Under the pieces are notes generated by a model. That model had not been told where the DNA came from and searched no databases. It saw nothing but the letters and a program-made list of their open reading frames with translations. A stretch of 64,000 nucleotides of DNA from positions 19,842,001 through 19,906,000 of the forward strand of contig CM052832.1 of NCBI GenBank assembly GCA_028534125.1, read 5' to 3'. The stretch is from Lama glama (lineage: Eukaryota). A program made the translations under genes and the position numbers. Within the stretch, counting starts at the first letter, position 1. The number at the start of each line of letters is the position of its first letter. This document shows positions 1 to 12,720 of the stretch, piece by piece.

Positions 1-3000
1 ATTTTACAAGAACAAAAGTCTTTGTTCTTGACGCTAAGAAATCTTTGACTCGTAGTTGTTCAACCCTCCAGGAAATAAGATCTTATACTTGAAAGTGGTG
101 TAATGGCCTTACATCTTGGAGGAGAAGTTGGGAGTAGTCAGGAATTTTAAAAAAAAGAAGAGATTGGAAGGAAAGGACTTTCATAAAAAGGGAAAGGAAG
201 CAGAAAGCATGCAAGGGTGAAGAGTATTCTAGTGATGACAGGAGCTGACAAGGAATACAGAGTGTTTTTCTAACTCAAGTAAGGATGAAACCAAGGTGGA
301 AAAATTATTCTTTGACGACTCCAGTACATGTTTAACAGGAACATTTATATCTGGACCATTGTTAGAAGATACATCTTTTTAAACAAAATGAGAGAACATA
401 CTCTAAAGTAATAAGTAGTTCTGCAGTTGAAGTATAAACTGAATGAAACAGAGATTCTAGGCTCATTATCATAAGAGTTTTATTTCATTTCCAATGGAAA
501 GCAAAGCATAGTTTTTCCCTGTTCTACCCTCTCACATATTCTGTGGGATGAAAAAAACAATCGGAAGATTAATGAGTTCTTAATGACCTAGTTACCTCTT
601 AATTACTGAGGCAACATGTGTTAATAATCAACAGCCTCTCTCGATAAAAGTTTCAAACATCTGCAAATATGCATTTCATTCACCCTACCAAATATGGTTC
701 CAGCATTTTTTAAAAATGGCAACAGTAAAATATGGCACAACAAACCCATTTGCTTCTATCAGGAAGCTTCAAGAAAAATGTCTTGCTACCTTTGTGGGAA
801 ATTTAGAGAATCCAAGGCAAAAGCAGTGGATTCTTCCCATAAGCTGCATGATATAGTGGTGTGCTCTGCAGGACAAAGACGAAAATAATACGTACTTTTT
901 AAATGGCGCACTTTTAATCCCACATGGTATTTCGGTAACTAACAGTGACCCCTAGAACGATTGTTTTTGACATTGCAAAAGATAGCATACACCTTTTTGT
1001 GTTTCTAACTTCTTATTCTTTGCTTTAGGGCATTTGAAATTGGATATGGGGGGAAATTGTGATGTTCTTTCCATTATTGTAAAAATGAATTCTTGGAAAG
1101 CTTGAGGGGCTCTGCTAGCAATTGTTAATGAGGCTCTATTAACCTAGGACACCACCCTATGGAATAATGGTGTGGTAAAATAGATGTCCTCCTAGGACTC
1201 ACTTGTTTCATTAACAGCGCAGCAGGGAGGTATGCAAGGCTCTGGGGGATGGAAACGGCCCGATGACTGGGGTATGCGGGTTTTCCTTCTAGGTCAGCGA
1301 CTCACCTCTGGCTCAAGTCAGACATGGCCCCAAATGTACATCTCAGTCATTAAATCGATCCTCATAGATTGTTTTCTGCTGGAACTGACAGCCTTTCTTT
1401 ATAATCTAATTAGTTAACTTTAATTCTGTACCTATGTATGTTCATGGACTTTTACTTTGGAAAAAGGAATTTCTACCTTTAGGAATTCAAGATTTGGACA
1501 AAAGGGACAAAATAAGTATCCATTATGATACATTTTGCCAGTTTTTGTGGCTTTCAATTTGAGACCCAGTTTTGTGTGTTTCCTATCTTTGGAAATTTAA
1601 TAAGATCAGAGAAAGCCCGGGAAAAGAGAAATGAGTACTAAAAGGTGTTTAAGCACTAGTGTTGATGAAGACTAGATTCACCCTGGAAGCAAGTAGAGAA
1701 ATGCAAAGACATGAGACAAAGGTGGGCAAGAGTGAGCAAAGAGGCACAGCCTGGGGGGAGCTAGTGCAATGTGCACATGCATGTTCTCTCAGCGGTCTGT
1801 GAGTCCTCACAGAAAAGGCTGGAGGTTTTCTGGGAAAAAAGCAGCCCCCTCCCTTAAACCAGCTAAATTAAAAACTACAAAAATGGCAAACAGACAGCTG
1901 CCATTCTGGTCCTGGTACTGGTTCCTCCCAGACTGACTTTTCAATGTTGCTCCATATTGTTGGTGTTTGGGTCTGTCTTGCCTGTTGATGACTTGGGTTT
2001 TAACTACAGCCCTGGGCTACTCTGAAGAAGCATTAACTCACAATTGCTCATTAACTCACAATTGTTTGCTGGGAAACAAACAGACATTGGAGGAGTGTGT
2101 ACCAATTTGCAGTCACTGCCATCTAGTAAGAATTTGAATTGGTGACCAATTTGGATGCAGGGGTTTTTCTCTGTGTTTAAATATCATTTATCCTGAGAAG
2201 TGCCCATTACTGAAATGAACAGGAGACCCCATTGGGACTTAATTAGAGAAGGCAGAACTGGGGAAGTGACAGTTTCCATGCTGTTTTGGAGCTGAGCTCC
2301 AGCCCTTGTTTCTATCTCCTGTAGTAATACAATTAATATCTTGTATCTCGTTTTAATAGAGGCAGTAACTCTAGTAAGACACATTATTGCTTCTTGGCCC
2401 AAAGAGAAATGTTCCTATATTTCTCTCCTTGCTGTTATCTGTCAAGCCGACTGGCTTCGTCTGTACCCTGAGACATTACACATTCAGGAAAGCAGTTGTT
2501 TCCATATGTCTTGGGGGGAAAGCTATCATTTTTCAGAAAGGCATGAGGTGCATGGAACATTTTTTGTACTTGCTTTCCTTCTGCATGTATCAGGTGGTAG
2601 CCATTATAGCATTCCCAGTACATACCACTGATGTGAGAACTGGAACTTCTATAACCTACACTTTGTATTTATTTCATTGGGAGACAGAGTTATAAAGCTG
2701 CTTCCTGACATGCAGCAACAGCTGCTGAGCATCTGTCCACTGTCTTATGAAAGAATTCAATGGAAGCAAGAAAAAAACCTGGGTGAAGGCTGCTACTAGG
2801 AAACTAAACAGTCATCTGGAAGGTAAATTAATGACCAAATTCTCAGTATCCTATCTTTAATTTACTTATCAATAGTAGAGAATGAAACATTTTGCTTTTA
2901 TTTTTAACCAACTTTTTTATTACACTGTGTTTTCCCACATCCATTGTTCATAATTCTAGCTCTATACACTACTAATTTTAAAAGCCATTTGGAACACAGC

Positions 3001-3082
3001 AATCATAGTGCTAGATGCTAAAGATTCTTTTTTTTTTAATTTTAACTACAGACTACGTACAATATGAGAGTTTCCTATATAT

Positions 3083-4205
3083 TTTTTTAATTAATAGGCA
3101 ACTTTTTAGAGCAACTTTAGGTTTACAGAAAAATTGAGCTGCAAGTAGAGAGTTTCTATATACCCTCTCAACTGCCACCCTCACACACAGTTTTCCTTAT
3201 TATTAGCATCTTATGTGGTACATTTATTACAATTGAAGAGCCAATACAGATACATTATTACCAACTGAAGTTCATAATTTACATAAGATTTTGCTCAGTG
3301 TTGTATTCTGCAGGTCTTAACAAGTGTATAAATGCATATAGCCAACATTACAATATAATACAGAATAAATTCACCACCCTGAAAATCCTCTATGCTTCAC
3401 GAAAACTTTCCCTTCCCCCTTCCCCCTTCCCCCTACCCAAAAACCTGTGGCAATCACTGATCTTTTTACTGTTTTTATAGTTTGGTCTTTCCAGATGTCA
3501 TATAGTTGGAATCATATAGGATGCAGCTTTTTCAGATTAGAGCTTCTTTCACTTAACTATATGCATTTGGGTTTTATCCATTTCTTTCCATGGCTTGATA
3601 GCACATTTGTTTTTATCACTAAATAATATTCCATTTTATGGATGCACCACAGTTTGTTTATCCATTTGTCCATTGAAGGCTTCCAAGTTTTGACGATTAT
3701 GAATAAAGCTTCTATAAATGTTTGTGTGCAAGTTTTTGTGTGGATGTAATTTTTGAACTTATTTGGGTAAATAGTAAGTAGCAGGATTGCTGGATTGTAT
3801 GGTAAAGATACACTTAGTTTCATTTTAAAAAATTGCCACTGTCTTCCGAAGTGGCTGTATCATTTTACATTCCCAACAGCAATAAATGAGAGTTTTTGTT
3901 GCTCCACATCCTTACCTACATGTGCTACTGTCAGTGTTTTGAATTTTGGCCATTCTAATAGGTATGTAGTGGTAGCTCATTGTTTTAATTTGAAATCCCT
4001 TGATGACATATGCTATCGAGCATCTTTTTATATGCTTATTTTCCACCTGTATATCTTCTTTGGTGAGGTGTCTTTTCAGGTCTTTTATCCATTTTTTTAA
4101 ATTGGGTTGTTCATTTTATTGTTATTGAATTTTAAGTGTTCTTTGTATATTGCAGGTGCCAGTCCTTTATCAGTTGTGTGTTTTGCAAATATTTTTCTCC
4201 CCATC
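3083..4205 (-). mobile_element. L1 (L1MC-type) 3' end with C-terminal ORF2 remnant
   Basis: Opens with the reverse complement of an L1MC-type 3' UTR (tttttagagcaactttaggtttacagaaaaattgagc). Minus ORF 3557-3823 reads LPYNPAILLLTIYP...KTCTQTFIEALFIIVKTWK...WINKLWCIHKMEYY, a decayed L1 ORF2 C-terminus. Confidence 0.9.
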
Positions 4206-4574
4206 TATATCTTGTATTTTGATTCTCATAATGATATTACTTTTTCAATTACTTTATGTGGCACTGCTACTCTAAGACATAAGGTTTTATGCTTATAATG
4301 TTGATTTTAACTTTTATGTTCTAAGGAAGCATGGGTTTCAATTTTCTGTAGATAGCATGGACAAAAAACATTAAAAAGCAGTGGTTCTGGTCTCTAAGTG
4401 TGCAGAAACTAACTGATTTAATGGCGTTGGAAACTTTCTTTAATTTCACTGGAATTAAGTGGAGGAAGGATTCACCACTGAGAACTCAGGCATAAGGCTG
4501 AAGGTTAAAAGAGATTACTTTAGGGTCATCTCAAGGATCATTTTAACACAAATTTTCAGTGATAATCTAGGATT

Positions 4575-5260
4575 TATTCACTTATTTGATAAATCAATAA
4601 ATACTCATTGATTATTTATTAAGTACCAGGAACTAGGTGCTAAAGTTATAGAAAATGAACAAGATAGACATGGTCTTTGCTCCATGAGGCTTACATTCTA
4701 TTTCTGGAAGAAGGGTAAAGGTGGGTAGGGGTATAATAGACACCACAGTTGGTAATTTAGTCACATTTCCTAAGAGTCTTGAAGTACAGAATGCTGAGAT
4801 GACACAGGAAGTAGAATGACTTATGAGATGATCTATGAAGCATGAACAAACATCCCAGTAAAACAGGGAAAAACAGTCATTCTAAAAGATGAAATGGTAT
4901 GGATGAAGGCCCTGAACAAGAAGAAACATGAGCTTTATGAGAAATAGAAGAAAATTAGTAAGGCTGGAACACAAAGTAAAACACAGGAGTGGGCACAAGA
5001 CAAGGCTGTGGAAGTTATTGAAGGGATTTGAGTGTGTGTGTATGTACATGTGTGTGTATGGATGGTCGGTGGGCAGGATCAATGAAAGTATGTCCTGTTT
5101 GAAAAAATATCAGGGTACATTGTTGAGAGTGGATTTGAATTTGGGGGGACAAAGTTGATGTGGGGTTGAACAGTGAGGAAGCTATTGTAGTAGTACAGGC
5201 AAGAGGTGATAGTATCTTTATAGTATGTGGTATCTGGAGATTTCTTTTTTAAAAAAAGCT
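4575..5260 (-). mobile_element. L2 fragment (3' end)
   Basis: ttattcacttatttg...ttatttattaagtaccaggaactaggtgct...gaacaagatagacatggtc...cttacattcta is the typical antisense L2 3' end. L2-like sequence resumes at about 5460-5740 and 6110-6400. Confidence 0.75.
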
Positions 5261-5317
5261 ATTTCAGGTTAAAATGAATGTAAATTTTTGATTAATTATA
5301 TTTTCTTGGGAGTACTT

Positions 5318-5455
5318 AAGAAAAAGTATATATATATATGTGTATATATATATATATATATACACATATATATATATATAGCCAAATCACTACATTATAC
5401 ACCAGAAACTAACACAACATTGTAAATCAACTCTACTTCAATTTAAAAAGAAAAG
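5318..5455 (+). mobile_element. Heavily 5'-truncated cetartiodactyl/camelid L1 3' end with an expanded (TA)n
   Basis: gaaaaag-(TA)n-...tacaccagaaactaacacaacattgtaaatcaactctacttcaatttaaaaag matches the artiodactyl L1 3' terminus. It is inserted into the L2. Confidence 0.85.
5327..5380. repeat. Compound (TA)n microsatellite: (TA)6 TGTG (TA)10 CACA (TA)7
   Basis: Read directly from the sequence. Confidence 0.95.
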
Positions 5456-5744
5456 GTGTTAAAGATACTCATGGTTGCCTGGATCATACAACTTGGTGAG
5501 TCAGGGTGCTGTTCATTGAGCTAGGAAATTATGAAGGAAAATACAATCAGACAAGGGAGATAATGAATTTTGAATATGTTAATGTTGAAGTATCTGTGAA
5601 AAACCAGTTGAAGATGTCAAGTAGACAGCTCCATATACAGGTCTAGAATTAAGGGGAAATTCTGAGCTGAAGACAGACATATTGAGAGTCATTAGTCATA
5701 AATATATGATTAATATAGGAGATTAAATCACTATTCATAAAACA

Positions 5745-6108
5745 TCTACTTCCTCCCCTCCACACCACCATGAAAGGCATTTACGTCCCTGTTCCCAGAC
5801 TTAGGGCTTACCACGTGACTTGCTTTGGCCAATGGCATGTTAACAAATGTAACAGAGTTGGAGGCATGAAATGTGCTTATGCAGTCGGGCTTGTCCTGTT
5901 GTGCTATATAGCCTTTCACTAGCCTTGGGGAGCTGCTGGTACAAGGAGTATGCAAGGCATGAGCTGACCTGGACCTAACTTGCCACTCGAAGACAAACCA
6001 AGTCTAGTCCAAATTAGCCGGAATCAAACTGATCTACAGATTCATTACAAGATGTATGCCACTAACATTTTATTGTGATGTTTTATGCAGCAATTGCTAT
6101 CTGAGACA
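5745..6108 (+). mobile_element. MaLR LTR, MLT1 family (MLT1H/I-like) solo LTR
   Basis: ccacgtgacttgctttggccaatggcatgttaac...aaatgtgcttatgcagtcgggcttgtcct, with the end tatgccactaac...ttatgcagcaattgctatctgagaca, are MLT1 hallmarks. Confidence 0.8.
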
Positions 6109-7559
6109 ATGAGGTCACTTAGAGAGATAATAAAAGGTAAGATGGGAAAAGAGGCTAGTGATAAATTTGGGGGAATGCCAACACTTAAAGTTAGGGTAGA
6201 GGAGGCATGGCCAGAGAAGAAAGGGAAAGATCAAGAGCTCATGAAGACATGAAAGTCAAAGAGGTAAGGATTAGTCAATAGGGGGAAAATCTACTATAAA
6301 TTCAGAAAGATAACTTAGCAACATTGAAATTATTGGTAAGATTAGCAAGAGTCTTTTCAGTGGTGAGAAAGGAAACTTTATGACTGTAAGCTGTAGAGTC
6401 TAATTTAAGACGGAAATATAAAAGCAGTTAGCACAGGGCAAATAACCTTGCTGACCGAAAGTTTCCAACAGAGAGAGAAATAAAAAGAGCACAGGAAAGA
6501 AAAGGCGTACTCTCTAGGAGAAAGTTTCTGAGAATTTTGTAGGGGATGGGATAGGATCACAGGATGAACGATGGGTATTATATAGCTGAAGGAGCTCTCC
6601 TTTATTATAACAGGTGGGAAAGAGATTTAGCAACAAGAAGTTGGGGAAATTCCAGTCAGCAGCTTCATTTTTCTCCCCTTAAAATTGCTATATAAGCTTG
6701 ACATCATTTTCTGAGAGGGAGAAAGGAAGCACGGGATTCAGAAGCTTCAGGAACAGGAAGACCATGGCCTTCCATTGCACATTGTACAAGAGGGTGAACC
6801 CTGCTTGCAGTGAATGAGAAAAACCCATCTGTACTTGAGAGTTTTCACTTAAAGTCTTGAAACTTTTTGTTTGTGTGTGTGTGTTTTAATCAGGGAAGTA
6901 GACTTTTACATGAGTGAAAATATCTGCATTAAGTCTAAGTGGGATATTTTTTTTCTCTTCACTTCTCTGTCTTCTGTTATCGGTTATTTTGCATTGCAAA
7001 TAAGCACATATCAACCTTGGGTTGAAAACTTGGCTCTTCTTTCTCTTTCCTTATGGGGTACTCTTTCCAAATTTCAAACTTTAAACTCACAGAACAGACG
7101 TATAAAGCTTTCGTAGATTCGCAAAGGAAGAAAACGTGGCAGAAAAGGAAGAGAAAAATTTCAACATTAATGCTCTGGATCACCTTTGCAACACTGAGTT
7201 TTAACCTTGAAACTCTTCCAGGATTTTCTTTTCATGAGCGTTATGGCCATTTGCCTCCTGATAGGTACACTTCTTTCTACAAATATCCTTTTAAATTTGA
7301 CACCCAGGCCATATGTTATGCTGTTACACTCTGATTTTCAAGCAGAACTCTCCCCACTCTACATTTAATTATGTGGAGCACTTGGCTTGCTAAAGGCTTA
7401 CAACTCTACCAGACCCCCCTGGAATTCATTATGTCTCCCAGATCAGAGAAAGCATGGATGTTAACTAGTACTGCAGTATACTGGGTAGTTACTCATAACA
7501 TATGAAGATGTGTTCAGAACCATTGCTTGGAGATGATTTATGCCATGCTGACTCTAATT

Positions 7560-10403
7560 ATTGTGAAAGACCCTGGCTACAGGACAAAATATACCCTGAT
7601 CTGGCAAGATATTGGCAAGTTTTTTTCCTGTGAAAAGGTGTCAAGGTAGCTCTGCCTTACTGAATGGCTCAGAGGGATCTCAGATAGGATTTGAATGGGA
7701 AAGCTCTTTGGGCTACAGCCATCAGTCTGGGGAACAGTTTGCACCAATTACCTAGTTTTCTTTAATACAGGAAGTCACCTGTTGCTTTGATGCCATAGTG
7801 GATACCCTGTTCTGCTTCCAAGGTCTACTCTTGAGGTATGAGACACTCATTTCCCCTGTGTTTAAAGAGTGGTTTTGCTCTAAAACTACCCACCTTTTCC
7901 CACCCGACTCAAGACAGTAAATATAAAGCTGCATTACATATTGGCAGAGATTATTGCCACACTTAGTGACCTAAAGAATCTGAAGGTTACCTCCATCATG
8001 TCCACATTTAATTCACCATTCTGACCCTTAAAAAAATCCAAAAGATCTTAGAAGATCACAGTAGACTATCACCACTCAAACGATTGGTCCATTTGCAGCT
8101 GGCCAAATGTGGTATATATGTTAAGTATACATCACATCTGTCCCCACCAAGCACAAAAGATAATACTTGATAGACCTCATTAAGTTACAGATGCTGCATA
8201 TTCTCACTGGAGGGTACTTCCTCAATCTCCAGTAAATTTACCAAGTGGCACAAAATTCTCAACTTGAGTGGCACCTAGAATATAAATGGGCATAAGTACA
8301 AGCTATGATATAAACAGCTTTACCATATAGGCAATAAGATCCAGTAAATCCCATGGCACTAGAGATATCTGTGCCAGGAGAAAAATAAATGTCATGGAAT
8401 GGAGCTCCCAGGAGGCTTATTTCAGAAAAATCACATTGTGGGCTTCTAGATCCACCAAATCATAAGATGAGATGGGCCCAGCAATCCATCTGAATGTGGA
8501 AGATATTAAGATTCCCCTAGTGCAGATATCTCTAATTCAAGATTGTGCACAAACAGGCAAACAGGGTACAAGCTATACCAGTAGGTAATGCATGCCCCCA
8601 TGCCACCCCCCAGTACTGCATGGGCACCTCTCCCTCAGCAATACCTATGGGACATATCATCTGATAACCAGCTGATGGAGGAGAAGGCCAAGTTTGAGTG
8701 ACAAACAGATTGACTTGGTATGTGGGTCCAAGCCAGAAACAGACTGCTTCTACACTAAAGCTCCACTCAGAGGTGGCCCTGAGAGATGATGGCTATGGAC
8801 AGTTTATCTGGCCACATCCACATCTTGTAGAAAGAGAAGTGGTGTGAGGGAAGTGCATACCCGGATTCATAAGTAATGGTAAATGGTTTTGTCAGTTGGT
8901 TAGAAGCTTTTAAAGAGAAAGACTAGGGACAAGAAAGCATGGGGAAAAGGCATGTGTGTGCATCTATGGAAGGGCAGGGTGTATGGAAATGTGTGTATCA
9001 TATGCTGGCATCCAGTCCTCCACAGTGAGGCAATATACAAACCGTAAACAAAGTGACTCAGCCATCTGATATCAGCCGGGCTTTCTCTGTGGCTGTGCAT
9101 ATGCTGACATATGCATGCATGAACACAGTACTTCCAGGGAGTAGGGAGTCAGGCTGTGCTTGAGCCCTACAGCATGTGTGTCCACTCATGTAGATCTAGT
9201 TAATCCTGTTGCTAAATGTTCCATAGTTTAGTACCTTTGAGCTCCTCATCTACTGAGGACACTAACCAGCCATTTGGTGGCAAGTTGATTACCTAGACGC
9301 CTTTCACCTTAGGAGGGGAAGTGTTTCATCTTGACAGGAATTGACACATATTCTAAATATGAGTTTTCGTTGACTACTGGTAGGGGCTCAGCACGACTCT
9401 TGAAGAGCTTATCAAGTGTTCCTTCCATTAACATGGGATCCCAACATTATATTGGACCAAGGAACTCACTTTACAGAAAAGGAGGTGGGGCACTGGCCAC
9501 ATGATCATGGGACCCACTGGTTCTATCACATACCACACCAACTAGTAGCCGTTAGCCTGGGTGGGGGGAGGAACAGCTATTTGGATGTGCAGTTAGATGA
9601 GATGATGCCCTAAAAAAATGGAGTGCGACCTGGACACAGTATACAAATTAAATGAACAATTGTTATCTAATGCTGTGTCCTCACCAGGTAGAATACATGG
9701 GTCCAGAAACCAACAGCTGGAAGTAGGAGTGGCCTCACTTGACATCAGCCTTGGTGAGCCTCCTGGGTAATTTGTGCTTCCTGCCCTGCAGTTGTGCTTT
9801 GAGGGAAAGGTCCTGGTTTTGAGGAACAGAGCTTCTACCAGGATGCATCAACAGTTCCATTAAATTCTAAGCTAGACTGACTCCTTTCACTTAGAGCCCT
9901 GCTGAGAGGCCAGCAGGTGAGAGAATGAGTTACCACCCTGGCAGGGGTAGTTGACTCCAACCATCAGGAAGAGACAGGGCTGCCACTGTACAGTGGAGGC
10001 ACAAGGAAATAAGTTTGGCATCAAAGCAATCTACAGGAGCATCTCACTGTAGCCCCCTGGGCAATTTTGACAGAAAATGGACAGTGCAGCAGCCACACCG
10101 GGGACATAGTGATAAGAGTCACAGACCTCCCAGGGATGACAGGATAACAGTCTGGATCATCAAGCAACCTTAGGTCAACAGAGGTGTCAGAGAATCTAGA
10201 AGAAGCAGTAGAAGAGGGAGATGATGTGTATTAATATATTAATTATGGCCCCTAGTGCAGCAGCAAGGACTTTATTTAGTTCTACTAAACTCCCCCTTGT
10301 AAGAATCTCTAGGAAGAGAGACTAACAAAAATTTTAGGGGAGCAATTTCAAGATGTATTGAATGTATACAAAGCAAGCTGGTCATAGAAGCACATGGGTG
10401 GAC
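7560..10403 (+). mobile_element. Decayed ERV-L (class III, ERV3-16A3-like) internal region: pol RT/IN and dUTPase remnants
   Basis: RT remnant 7998-8072 MSTFNSPF*PLKKSKRS*KITVDYH (cf. ERV-L TSPFNSPIWPVQK..SWRMTVDYR). Integrase 9266-9298 PAIWWQVDYLD, 9325-9366 FILTGIDTYSKYEF, and ORF 9416-9613 ...DQGTHFTEKEVGHW.HDHGTHWFYHIPH. dUTPase 9929-10000 VTTLAGVVDSNHQEETGLPLYSGG. ERV-L-type gggtggac sits just before the LTR. The 5' boundary is uncertain. Confidence 0.92.
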
Positions 10404-10798
10404 TAAGTGAACGTTACTGTCTGCCAGTGAATGTAGGACAAAGCACCCATTTCCTTAGCTGCTGGGAGTGTTGTCTGCAGACCGTTCACATCTGAGTCCC
10501 TCTGAGGAATTGCCTTAGGTCCAAAAAGAGCTGCCTTGTCCCTCCATCCAATGACTGCTCCATGGAGGCATTCAAAGTTCCTACCCCCTCAATTCAGGCC
10601 ATATTTAAAGAGCTGTGGCAGGTTTAAAGTTCCCCTAGGATTAAGTGAAGAATAGGATTCAACTGCATCATGATTATCCTTTCCTTCTGTTGAATTCTCT
10701 TCTCTCTCCCTTGTAGGTGCTATTCCTGACTGCATGCCCCAAAAGCCTATCATCGCATCTCCAAGTCTATTTCTTGAGGAAAACAACTTCCAAGAAAC
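10404..10798 (+). mobile_element. 3' LTR of the ERV-L relic (LTR16A-like)
   Basis: cccatttccttagctgctgggagtgttgtctgcagac...ctgagtccctctgaggaattgcctta...agagctgccttg...catccaatgactg resembles LTR16A and directly follows the internal region. Confidence 0.8.
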
Positions 10799-12329
10799 AC
10801 TGTCTCTACATTGGCCACTGGTGTTTTTCTTTTTCTAATTGCCCTTTTAATATTGTGATTTATACTATGGTTTTCCTGCAACGGTAGTTTGCTCTCGATG
10901 GGTGGAGGCACTGTTGTTTTTTCAAGACTTTGTCCAGTAAATTTTTCTAATATTATTTCTATTTTTTGATTGTGTGCTAGTATATAACTTTCAAAATAGG
11001 AATTCCTAGGTACAGTTCTTGTTACTTGGTTACTTCTTTCTGAAAATCTGTGCCTGAAATTTGGAAACTATCACCAGGTAGTATTGGTGGTAGCCAAGTG
11101 CTTGAGCACAGTAGGAACTTAATTCAGAAGTAAATAATTAAGGTCATGGAGATAAAAAAGAAATCAACAAAACCCAAACCAGAAAAATTATGGGAAAAAA
11201 AAAAACCCTACCTGTTTCTGCACATCAGTGTCCTTTTTTTAATCCAATATTATGCTGCCAAAACATCAGAACACTCCTTTGGGTTGTTTATTGCACTGAA
11301 GAAAATACTAAACGGCTCACTGCTAATGAAGAGTGAGCTATAAAATAATGTATTAATAAGGCATAAAATAAATACCATTTCCCTTGTCATCAGTTACCAT
11401 GTGAGTTAATCTAACTCTGATTTTCATTTTCATACCTAAATTGTTTCTAAGCTTGACTAGTTAGGACAATTCATTTAAGTCAGTTTAGTAGTTCTGTGGT
11501 TTTAAACTTTAATCTCTCTAAATATTTTCAGTACTTTACGTCAAAACTGACAAAACACTGAAAGGTTGTGAAATACATTGAAACTGTGTCTTTTCTACCT
11601 TATAGTGTCCTTCCTAGGGAGTTCAATATTCAGTATCTTTTTTGCCTTTTTTGATGATCAGAAAAGGAAAACACCATATATTCTGCAGGCAATGTCATTT
11701 TTTCTCCCCCTTTCTTTGTTCTCTTAGGTGGTAGTTCCTCAGATGACCTCACCATTTTATCTCCACTGCTATCTGAGTGCCTAAATCGCTAGTTTCATGG
11801 AGTGATTCAAACTCTTTTTTCTTTTTTACTTCTTATACCCCTCACTACTCTGCCCTTTTATAAAGAGCTAATTCATGTTCTTCCCATTACATATGCGAAG
11901 GGTTTTTTCTTTTTTTTTAACATCTGTGATAGTTCTCTGTTTAAATAGGCTAAACCTTTCCCGTCTTTAATTTATAATTTTAATACATTTTTATTCCATG
12001 GGTTTACAAATGGAGATTTTCAGATTTGTTATTTCCATTTATAGGAGAAAACCCAGTGTGCAGAGTGAAGTCACGACAGATGGAACAGGGTCAGGCTACA
12101 GTGAATGTCTGTAATGTGAAGAGCCTTTCAGTGAGTTGACCTTTGGATCATGGCAATAAGGCCACCTATCCATTGTTTCAAGTTGTAGTAATGGCATCTT
12201 ACTTTGTTTATGAGGCAGGCTATTGGTTTGATGTGAATAGCTTCTGCTCCATGCTCATAGGCTCAGAGAAATCAAAGTATTGAGCATAGTGTCCCTGACC
12301 ATCTACAAGGATTATAATTTATTCTAACC

Positions 12330-12720
12330 TGGATTGACCTTCTTTTGTATAAATCATCTGTTTCTCTGCCCTCATCATCCTTACTCTTTGGGGTGCTGTT
12401 AATTAAGAACCATTGATTTTTACCTAATGTCAAGCCTCCCATTCTTCCAATTATCCTGCAAATCCCACTCATTCCTATTTAGTAGTTGCATTCATTACGG
12501 ATGAATTCATTATGGATGCTACCTCTTTCCAAATCTTTCTTCTTCTTTCAGAAAAGTCTGTCCTTGACCCACTAGCTTCCTTCCCTTTCATCACATATCT
12601 TAGTGGCCTCTTTTGGCTGAATGCTTTAGTGACAATGACTACATTGACAATTCTGAAACCTCTCAGTCCACCTTTAACCTCTGTCCCAATATATATCTTC
12701 TCTGTCAATCAGAGTTAGCC
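12330..12720 (+). mobile_element. Old L2-like fragment
   Basis: Pyrimidine-rich decayed sequence ending ...acattgacaattctgaaacctctcagtccacctttaacctctgtccc, similar to L2 ORF2 remnants. Confidence 0.45.

Noticed and set aside
2116..2127. Minus-strand CTCF site (ACTAGATGGCAG)
   Set aside because: It has TT in place of the conserved 5' CC of the core motif.
8019..8051. APOBEC-type G-to-A hypermutation of the ERV (two Trp codons now TGA and TAG)
   Set aside because: There are only two sites, several other Trp codons in integrase are intact, and neutral decay explains it.
9416..9613. Domesticated integrase gene
   Set aside because: Only 65 codons are open, and the upstream integrase motifs are in other frames with stops and frameshifts.
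11697..11800. Strong splice acceptor (pyrimidine tract plus AG at 11726-11727) as a coding exon
   Set aside because: All three frames stop within about 65 nt, and there is no good donor or recognisable peptide.
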